64,000 nt of DNA, from contig CM075978.1 of NCBI GenBank assembly GCA_038087875.1, positions 174,716,001-174,780,000 on the forward strand, given 5' to 3'. Made by a program: the position numbers and the translations under genes. Origin of the DNA: Malacoraja senta. Lineage: Eukaryota. Below the pieces are notes generated by a model that saw only the letters and a list, made by a program, of their open reading frames with translations, did no database searches and was not told the DNA's origin. Below, piece by piece: positions 12,201-23,600 of this stretch (positions within the stretch are counted from its first letter, which is position 1; each line of letters starts with the position of its first letter).

Positions 12201-15200
12201 TGGAGGCTTTGGAGAAGGTGCAGAAGAGATTTACTAGAATCTGGATCAGAGAGTATTGGATATAAGAAGTGGTAGGACAAACGGATGGTTTTCACTAGAG
12301 CTTCGGAGGCTAAGGGGCGGCCTGATCGAAGTATATAGTATTATGAAGTATATAAAATTATGAGGCATATAGAATATATTAATCACTATATAGACCAGCA
12401 CAGCATAGGAAGTATATAGAAGTATATAAAATTATGTGAGGCATAGATAGGGTAGATGGCCAGAATCTTTATCCCAGTGTAGAAATGCTAGATTAGAGGA
12501 CACAGCTTTAAGGTGAGAGGAATAAAATTTAAAGGTGATGTGCGAAGTAAGATTTTTACACAGACTGGTTGGTGGATGTTTGGAACGGGCTGACAAGGGA
12601 AACTTTTAGGTTCCTAGTGAAATTTATAATAACCTTCAAAGCATGCACTCTCATTTTTTATTTGTCCATGATCTTCAATCCATTTATCTATTTATTTATT
12701 TATCTGTCTGTCCATTTGTCTTGTCTATTTATTTGTTTGTTTGTTTATTTATTATCAGATCTCAGAATTCTTAGAATTCTTATTATCAGATCATAGAACA
12801 ATTAGACTTGTGAAACATAAATCAGAGTGATCAAAGCAGCTCTTCAACCTTGATCCCCTGTTTGTTGAGGTCATCACCTTGCAGAAACGACCTATATGTA
12901 AATATGTATGTAGTTTGTTTGTTTATATTATTCTTATAACAAATGTAAAGCACTTTGGCCAACGAGAGTTGTTTTTTAAATGTGCTATATAAATAAATGT
13001 GACTTGACTTGACTTGCACAAATTTTTCTTGATCACCATATGCTTTGCTTAACCTAGTGTCGAGGAAATTGACCGAGGAAAATTAAAGGAAAAACTGAGA
13101 CTTTGAGGTTTGCTTCAAGAGACTTTATTGCATGATATCATGGAGAGATGGTGGCAGTTCTCTATCTTTGCAGCAGAATTAGCTGACAGTTATACTGTGC
13201 AGCAAACTTTTTTTTGTTCGATATAATTATACGAAAACATACTTCGTCCTTGGTTATATGTTTTCCTGTTGCTACCATCTACTACATGGGTATTCATTAT
13301 TTCAATAGTCATAATATACTTTTTGTTTATGTTAATCTTATTCAACAACAGATGATTAATACAAGTCAAACATAATACAAGGGCATCTTGACATTATTCT
13401 ATTAGGTATGTTACAATACTTACCTTCAGCAGCGCTGCAATTCTGCCACTGGCCGTGTGCCCGATTTTGGCGCTTTTGAGTGGGGGGGGGTGGGGGCGGG
13501 GTTAAAACGCGGGTTTCTCCTACCTTGTCCTGGATTATATTTCGTTGTAGTGCAAGCTTTTGCTGAAGAATCGTTCCGACGGGCGTTCTGTGTATTTTGT
13601 TTTAAAAATCCCCCGACAATTTCAGCGCTGGAGTTATTTAAAAATCAGCTTCTAAAGCCGACAACGGGGACGGATTTCACGCACGGGACAGGTAAACGAA
13701 AGTCGTTTATTTTATGTATAAAAGTGCTCCTTAAGATGCCTTTAGTTCACATTTTAAGTGATTTTTTCCCCCGAACGAACCGGCAGTATTTTTCATGCCG
13801 ATACGGGTTTAAATTCACCGCAAATGCAACGTTCCAAATGATCGCGTTCCAGAAAAACCCACTCGCAAGATGATTTAAATGGCCATTAATTTACAGGTAT
13901 TAAACATTAAATTCCTTCAATTTGGCCTATAAATCCATGACAATGAGATTTAAAAATTATGTTATATTGTGAATTCTTGTGTGAATGTTATTTGGACACT
14001 TAGGCTTTTTAAAAATGTTAATCTATTCTTAAGAAATTGATAGATGTTCAGATCTAGTAATTGAATTTTGTGATTAGCTACAATTAGGTAACTAACTAAT
14101 TATATGCTTTAATTTCATGTCGTCTAAGAAAGATTGTTTCATATTTGTTTCAGAATGCTTCAATCTATAATAACTGAAAATTTCTTTCAGTTCTCTTTAT
14201 TTTTAAGAATGTTATGGGCTTTTGACTGTCCTCGATCACAGCTTTTGTGTTAAGTCAATGGAAAAGCAATAGGGAACAAGATGCTAATTTCCGAGTATGA
14301 AAATGGCCATAGCTTTTTTAATACTGAAGATATGAAAGTGAATTAGGTGTCAAATTAAACTTCTTTTTATGCTTTATCTGATGGGATAAATTACAGACTT
14401 GAGTTTTAAAATCTCAACATTTTGTAACATTGCTAATTCTATCACATCTTTCAAGCAGACTGCGCCACTGGCCCCTCTCTGAGCCAATCAAAACCCCCCC
14501 ATTTACTACAAAGTTTCTGGCTGCTAGCTGCAGGGGGCGCGGGTGGTCTACCCAACTAATGCCCTTGTGTTTACAGGGTTAATTATTGTGATCCAGCATT
14601 CGGTAACTTTCCACTGAAAAACAGGCGTCCTTATCCATGTAGGAACATGAGGCTGCCTCAGTGTAGCCTTGAATTCGCAAGCTCTTCTTTGTGTTTAGCG
14701 AACTTGTTTTCTTAACTCTGTGGACCACACCAGCACCAGGCCTATGTAGCCTAATCTGAAGGGTACGTTCACCGGAGTAAAGTTAGATTCCCACAGAGTG
14801 AAGCTCAGAGAGAGCCCATGTTGAAATTCAAAATGGAAGAACAGCTCATTTCTTCCACACCTCATGGCTAAAAATCTATCCTTGATTATACCCAGCAACT
14901 GAAGTCCACTGTGTTGTGGGATAGAAAATTTCAAAGATTACTTGCCCGCCATGCATGATCTATCCTCAAGTTGATGGACCCTCATCCTGAAATTCTAGCC
15001 CTTGGTTCTTGGATCTCCTAGCATAAGAATCAGCCTTCTTTGCATTAATTCATTTTACACTAGTTTAGGTGCCAATGGTATTTCTTCTAATTTTTTCCAA
15101 GGTTCAGTGTGTACAGATATAGCCAGTTCAAACTCATTTCATGTTATTGCAGGTTGACACACTGGATCTGTGCTTCAAGTGCTCATGTCCAGTTAAATCT

Positions 15201-17580
15201 TTCTTGAAGTTTTGGGGGAGAAAGCAGGTGAATGCAGTAAGAGGGAAAGATAGATCAGCCATGATTGAATGGCGGAGTAGACTTGATGGAACGAATGGCA
15301 TAATTCTGTACCTAGAACTTATGAACTAAATACTGAGCCAATCCTGTACACACACTTTCAAGTGTGGATTTGTCATAGCTTTGTTGAGTAGTTTCAGATC
15401 ATCATTTCTTTTGTACTCCATACTTGACTTTCAGCAAAGCAAGCATTGTGGATCAGTGTCAATCAAGAATGCAAGTGACTCACCATTTTGAATAGGCGTA
15501 TTACGTTCTAATTAGAGAAACATAAGGGAGGTAATAGTGAATATGAATGACACCATAGTTGTGACCGGAAATGGAAAAACTGTTCGGGGTGCACATCCAC
15601 ATTTGCCAGTAGTACCCCAGTACCAGATGCTGGATACCCGATTTGTCACCATTTGAAAATCATAGTCTGATCACCACTTAGGGCTCCACTGTTTATCCTA
15701 CACTGATGATAACCATATAACCATATAACCATAACAGCACGGAAACAGGCCATCTCGGCCCTTCAAGTCCGTGCCGAACATTTTTTTTAAATTTTTTAAA
15801 AAATTAAAAATAAATACTTCCCCCTAGTCCCATCTACCTGCACTCAGACCATAACCCTCCATTCCTTTCCCGTCCATATACCCATCCAATCTATTTTTAA
15901 AGGATAACATCGAACCTGCCTCCACCACTTCCACTGGAAGCTCATTCCACACAGCTACCACTCTCTGAGTAAAGAAGTTCCCCCTAATGTTCCCCCTAAA
16001 CTTCTGTCCCTTAATTCTCAAGTCATGTCCCCTTGTTTGAATCTTCCCTACTCTCAATGGGAAAAGCTTATCCACGTCCACTCTGTCTAACCCGCTCATA
16101 ATTTTAAAGACCTCTATCAAGTCCCCTCTTAACCTTCTGCGCTCCAAAGAATAAAGACCTAACTTGTTCAACCTTTCTCTGTAACTTAGTTGCTGAAACC
16201 CAGGCAACATTCTAGTAAATCTCCTCTGTACTTTCAGCCCACTCTTCCAAATGGCCTAAATCTCTCTGTAGACTTTGAAAATCTACTTCATTATCCACAA
16301 CACCACCTATCTTAGTATCTGCATACTTACTAATCCAATTTTCCACACCATCATCCAGATCATTGATGTACATGACAAACAACAGTGGACCCAACACAGA
16401 TCCCTGAGGCACCCCACTAGTCACCGGCCTCCAACCTGACAAACAGCCATCCACCATTACTCTCTGGCATCTCCCATTCAGCCACTGTTGAATCCATCTT
16501 GCTACTCCACCATTAATACCCAACAATTGAATCTTCTTAACCAACTTTCCATGAGGAACCTTGTCAAAGGCCTTACTGAAGTCCATATAGACAACATCCA
16601 CTGCTTTACCCTCATCAATTTCCCTAGTAACCTATTCGAAAAATTCAAGAAGATTAGTCAAGCATGACCTTCCAGGCACAAATCCATGTTGACTGTTCCT
16701 AATCAGACCCTGCTTATCCAGATGCTTATATATATTATCTTTAAGTATCCTTTCCATTAATTTGCCCACCACTGACGTGAAACTAACAGGTCTATAATTG
16801 CTAGGTTTACTCTTCGAACCCTTTTTAAACAACGGAACAACATGCGCAGTACGCCAATCCTCCAGCACTATTCCCGTTTCTAATGACATTTGAAATATTT
16901 CTCTCATAGCCCCTGCTAATTCTACACTAACTTCCCTCAATGTCCCAGGGAATATGATAGAATCTGCATTTACCTGGATAGATATGAAAGTTCATGATAA
17001 TTTTTTCTCTCCCAAGGATTGTGTACCCCTGGCAGTCGTTGGAAGCAACCTTGTCTTTGAGGTCAGTGGGAAAAAGGTCAGAGGTCGGCAGTACCCATGG
17101 GGAGTGGCGGAAGGTAAAAGTTCTGTTGAGCTTGGATTGTGCATGTGAGATTTTTAAACTTTTCAGTGTCAAAGACTGCATGGATCTGACTATTTACCTA
17201 GGCTTTCGACCTTAAACCAGTGCACAGGTGGACAAAGCAATAAACCCTTCAATCTAGTTTGACCATTCAGTTTAATCTCAGTTGATCAGTGACACATCAA
17301 CAAATTGATGCAAACCATTTTGCAATTAACTTGATAATTTTACAGTTGAGGTGGCTTGATTTGTTTTGGAATATTATTAAGAAATAAATTGGACAAACAC
17401 AGCTTGGAAGGTGTTGAACACTGTGTTTGGATCCTGGAACTTCTCCCCACAAATTTTCGCCCTGTAATTGATAAAGTTCATAGATTTAACATTCTACAGC
17501 TTTTGCACAAATCAGCAAATAATTGGCTTTATCAGTGTTAGATCACACAATGTACTAGACATATATACGTGTGTGTGTGT

Positions 17581-17615
<35 letters not shown>

Positions 17616-20600
17616 ATACACACACACACACGCACACATATATATTACATTTCCCCAATCATGCTTTAAATCCCGTTGCACTGCATCCTGTTTATCAGTG
17701 CCAAAAGCACAAATACAGGCTCTAGACTATTGTTTATTACATAACAAAAAGGGAAATATTGATGCTAATAAGCAGGTCAGCCTTGTTAGAGTAGGATGAG
17801 TACCTATGTCTGTATGATGAGGATGAAAATTGATTTACTTTTTTCTCAATCTTTCACAGTTGAAAATGGAGACCATTGTGATTTCTCCATTTTGCGCAAC
17901 ATGCTGATCAGGTAAAGTTCATCAGACAATGAAAATTAATCGTTGAATCAATGTGTTATTGCAGCACAGTGTGACTTGTGCTCCGTAACTTTAATTAATG
18001 ACACATTATTCTTTCACTGTATTTCATTTTATCTTTAGTGAAAATCCAATTTTCATTTGAGAGTGCTGATAAACTCCATCCTTGGAGGCAATTAGTCTTT
18101 TTATATAAGACAAAAGAATCTCAGTTTCTGAGCTATGTATATTTAATGTTCCAATCTCATTTGCTGAGATATATTCCAGGGTTGTTGGTAATCAGGGAAA
18201 ATGTTTTTGCCATCCACAAATGGTGTAGCTGACCTGGGAATGAACTACATTACATTCTTGAGATATTGTATATGGTTAGTGAGGGTACGAATAGGAAGAT
18301 AACACAGATGAATGCTTGTTGAGAACCTGGTGCTGGGAGCAGGAGTTCAGGATTTTGATCATTGAGATCTCTACTGTGTCAGAGGTGACCTGTACAAGAG
18401 AGATAGGCTGAGGGGTGACCTTAAGAGATTTATGAAATTATGAGGGGCATAAGTAGTGTAGATTGTCTTTTCACTAGGTAGGAGAGCCTAGAAGTAAATT
18501 TGGGGTGAGAGTGGAGAAATTTGGAGATCTGTCTTTTTTTCCGCCTAGGGTGATGAATAACTGGAACGAGCTGCCAATGGAGCTGGAGGCAGTTATCACG
18601 TTTAAAGATGTTTAAACAGATAGATAGGAAAGGAATTGAGAGATACAGGCCTAATCCAGGTAATTGGCATAGGAGGCATCATGGTAGACATAGACAAGGT
18701 GGGCTGACAGGGCCCATTTCTCTGTGGCATTATTCTGTGTGTTGGTGGGTAGTTTTGGCTGTTGGGGAATAAATTATGCTCCCGGGTTTGACACATGCTT
18801 AGTGTTGAGTTATACTTATGATCTGCAAGGAAGCTTCAACTCGCGTCCTCGTCATGCTTTTATTGCAGGACACATATGCAGGATCTGAAGGAGATCACCA
18901 ACAATATCCACTACGAAAACTATCGAAGTCGAAAGCTGGCAGCTGTAACTGGCAATGGAGTTGATGCCAGTAAGACAAAAGGCCGCCTCACCAGGTGAGC
19001 TACATGGAAAATATGCTGCCTGTTGCCCAGTTAGCTTGCAAAGCAAACCCACCATAAATTTATCCACATGCCGATTAATGAGATGAGCAGTAACCAAACA
19101 TCAGATTTGAGCTGCAGCACATTGAGCTGCATGGAGATGTTGAGCTGTGTACTCGAACTTTGTTGCACTGCCTTCCTCCCATAACCTCTGACATCCTTCC
19201 TAATCAAGAATCAAGATCTCTGTCCATAGACCGATCAGATATATCCTAGGATATTGTGGGAAACCAGAGAGGAAATTGCAGGAGCCCTGGTTGAAATTTA
19301 CGAGTCGTCCTTAAATTCAGGAGAGGTGCTGGAAGACTAGAGGGAGTGGCAAATGTTGTGCGTCTTTTCAAGAAAGGCTGCAGGGAAAATGCTGGGAACT
19401 ATAGGCTGGTGAGCTTAACATCTGTAGTTGGAAAGTTACTGGAGAGTATTCTGAGGGATTGGTTATACAGGGATTTGGATTGGCAAGGGCTGATTAGGGA
19501 TAGTATGCTTTGTAGCATACTTACTAACCAACCCATCTGCATGTACATCAAAATTGTTCACATTACAAACAACAGAGGTCCCGACACACATCCCTGCGGA
19601 ACTCTACTGGTCAGGGACCTACAGCCAGAACAATATATCTTTCCACCCCGACCCAGTATCTTCTATGAGTAAGCCAGTTCTGAATCCAACAACCATGGAT
19701 AGGACACAACAACAATAACAAATAAATAACCAAATTATTAGTTATTCTAAGTAAAACAGGCCATGACAGTGCAAAAAAACATATGACATAGAGCAACCAT
19801 AGTACAAAGCCCTTCGTGAATTGGTGTTGAGTTAGGGTTGTAGTTAGCGTTGTGCAAGGTTTTGCAAGAACCTTATGATAAATAGGGAAAAAACACTTTT
19901 TGAACTTGGAGGTAACAATTTTCAGGCACCTGTAACTTCTTTCCACGCCAGCAGTGAGAAGAGTGCGTGGTCAAGATGGGGTGGTTTTTGATTTTGCTGC
20001 CTTCTTGAGGCATTGCTTCTTGTAGATCTCTTCAATGGTGGGGAGGTCAATACCAGGAACTCTCCAATGCTGTCTCGTCCATGAAGACAGGTTTATGGTT
20101 CCTTGGCTTTCCCTTTCTGAAGTTAACATCAGCTTTTTGATCTTGCTATTGTTGAGAACAAGATTGTTGTCTAGCACCATTCAACTAGATTATCAATGTC
20201 CCTCCTGTTCTCTGATTTGTTGTTGCTTGTTATTCGTTCAACAGCGGTGGTATCATTGGCGAACATGGGTCTGAGATGTTACAGTGCTGATGATCAGTGA
20301 GGAGGAAGTGTTGTTATCAATCCCTAGTCTGAAGTCGACTGAAGAGAAAGGCTGGGTTCCAGTTGCTCAGTGTGAACAGAGTCCCAGCTCCTGAGTCTGA
20401 TGATGAGTTTGGTAGGAATGTTCCTGATGTCCAAATGGTCCAGCAGAGTAGAGAATCGGCAAGATTGCATCTGTCTCCACAATTAGCAAAAGAAGGGTCC
20501 CACCCAAACCATCACTTTTGAGTCAGGTGGTCCAATTTTCCAAAGTGCAGGCTAGTCATAGGCTTCTCTGATGGTGGAGTAGCAGTGGTCATGAGTATTT

Positions 20601-23600
20601 AATCCTCTCTTGCTGGAGATGTACTAATGGTAGTTTGGAAGTCTTCTTCAAGCTAGCTTGTTGAAATCCTCGGCAATGATGAGGAAGACTTTGGCCAACA
20701 CCGTCTGGTGTTTGTTAATGTCGGTGTATTGTCCCTCGCATGCTGGCCGATTATCTGCCTGGGGTAGGTTGTAGACTGCAGTCATGACAACTGAGGTGAA
20801 TTGCCTGGGGAGATGAAAGGGAGAGCACAAGGTCAAAGGTCCAGGTGGGGGACACAAGACTGGACAAGCATGTCTCCTCTGTGTCCTGTGGTTTTTCTCT
20901 CACTCCCATTCCCCCCAGATGGAACCAGGATATGGGATCTCCCAGTTGTTAATTATTTTAACTTCCCTTCCCATGCCGTACTGATGTTTCTTTCCTGGGC
21001 CGCCTTCATTTCCAGAATGAGGCCACACACAAACTGGAGGAACAAAACCGTTACCTCTTATTCCGCTCTGGTAGCTTGCAACCCAATGGCATGATCATTG
21101 AATTCTCCAATTTTAGGTAACCTCTAACAACCTCCATCCCCCCCTTCCCCTGTGCCCACCTGCACTCACACTTATTTCTCCCCTCTCGCTCCTTACATTC
21201 CTTTCTCTGGCTTCACAATTTGCAACTTTTCAATCTATCTCACAAATTCTGCTTTAATCTCTTGACATTTGCTCCAACCATCTGCTATCAAAGCCCCCAC
21301 TCGCCTGTATCCACCTATTACCTGCCACACTTTGTCTTGCCTCTCCTCTCTCCCACCTTTCTCCCCCCTCACCACTCCACAATTAGCAAAAGAAGGGTCC
21401 CACCCAAACCATCACTTATCATGTTCTTCAGAGATGCAGTATGAATCGCTGAGTTGCTCCAGTACTTTGTGTCCTTATTTTGGACCGCCATGCCCAAGCA
21501 CAGAGATTACCAGGTTTTGAGGAATTGAATTATCAGGTGAGGTGGGATATACTGGGACTGGAGTTAAGGAGGCTGAGGGGTGATGTTGAATAGTCAGTTT
21601 TTTTTCCAGGGTAGGATAATTTAGGACTAAAAGGCCTTAGGTTTAAAGTGACAGTGGAAAGATTTAACAGGAACATGATGGGCAACTTTTTCACATAGAG
21701 GCTGGTATTTAGAATGAGCTGCCAAAGAAAGTATTAAAGAAGGAACTGCAGATGCTGGAAAATCGAAGGTGTGCCAAAGAAAGTAGTTGAGGCAGCTACA
21801 TTAACAGCCTATAAAAGACATTTGGACAGGTACATAGATAGAAATGGTTTAGAGGTTTAAAAGGACAATGGGAGTAACACTGCCAACTAGTGGCTGATGA
21901 ATCTAACCTCACTGGTGGTGAAGATATTCAAGATGTAACTGTTGTCTTCTAATAAGTCACTGAATGGAATATATGACATGGATGAGAATGAATGGGGTAT
22001 GATTAGTAAGTTTACAGATGCAGTATAATGTGGATAAATGTGAGGTTATCCACTTTGGTAGCAAAAACGGGAAGGCAGACTATTATCTAAATGGTGGCCG
22101 ATTAGGAAATGGGGAGATGCAGCGAGACCTGGGTGTCATGGTACACCAGTCATTGAAAGTAGGCATGCAGGTGCAGCAGGCAGTGAAGAAAGCGAATGGT
22201 ATGTTGGCCTTCATAGCAAGAGGATTTGAGTATAGGAGCAGGGAGGTTCTACTGCAGTTGTACAGGGTCTTGGTGAGACCACACCTGGAGTATTGCGTAC
22301 AGTTTTGGTCTCCAAATCTGAGGAAGGACATTATAGCCATAGAGGGAGTGCAGAGAAGGTTCACCAGACTGATTCCTGGGATGTCAGGACTTTCATATGA
22401 AGAAAGACTGGATAGACTTGGCTTATACTCGCTAGAATTTAACAGGAGATTGAGAGGGGATCTTATAGAAACGTACAAAATTCTTATGGGGTTGGACAGG
22501 CTAGATGCAGGAAGATTGTTCCCGATGTTGGGGAAGTCCAGGACAAGGGGTCACAGCTTAAGGATAAGGGGGAAATCCTTTAAGACCGAGATGAGGAAAA
22601 ACTTTTTCACACAGAGAGTGGTGAATCTCTGGAACTCTCTGCCACAGAGGGTAGTTGAGGCCAGTTCATTGGCTATATTTAAGAGGGAATTAGATGTGGC
22701 CCTTGTGGCTAAAGGGGTCAGGGGGCATGGAGAGAAGGCAGGTACGGGATACTGAGTTGGATGATCAGCCATGATCGTATTGAATGGCGGTGCAGGCTCG
22801 AAGGGCCGAATGGCCTACTCCTGCACCTATTTTCTATGTATCTATGAAAGAAAATTGGCGGAGTCATAGATAGGGAAGGTTGTTGAAGACATAGATCAGT
22901 TGTAAAGTTGGATAGAGCAATGGCATATGAAATTTAATCTAAACAAGTGTGAGATAAAGCACTTTGGGAGGTCATATTCAAGTTAGGTATGTAGAGGAAA
23001 TGGCAATGATGTTAACATCGTTGATAACAGAGAGACCCAATGGTATAAGTATGTGCTTCCCTGAAGGTGGCGACAGGGTAGTGAAGAATAATTTGTCACC
23101 CTTGCCTTCATTGGTCAAGGAACTTAAGTACAGGAATTGAGAACTTGAGTACAAGAATTATGTTACATCTATGCAAGATTTTAGTGAGACAAAACTTTGA
23201 AGTATTGTGTGCAGTTCTGGTTACCTAGGAAGAGAAAGGATATCATTAAGAGGGAAAGGGTGCAGAAAAGACCTGTCCCACTTGGGTGACCTAATCCGCG
23301 AGCTCTGGTGAGTTTGCCCTTGACTCATACTCGCAGAATGGTCGACACGCGGTCGTAGGAAGTCTTCGTAACTCTCCTTCATGCTTGAGAGTGGTCTTCG
23401 CGTACTCGAGGCCTCAGCTAGGTCGCGGCGTTTTTTTCAATATGTTAAAAAAATGCCCGCGAGTAAAAAAAGGTTGCCATGGAAAAAATGGATACTTTTG
23501 TTACTCGTAGGTTTAGTCGTAGTAGGTCGTAGTAGGTCGGCATGTTAGTCGTAGGTAATCGAGGGTAGTCGAAGGTAGTCGTAGATAGTCTTCATCATAG

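Noticed and set aside
22083-22772. Minus-strand ORFs MYVSIRSPL.. and MADHPTQYP.. (also 40453-41139)
   Set aside because: Antisense shadows of CR1 ORF2.
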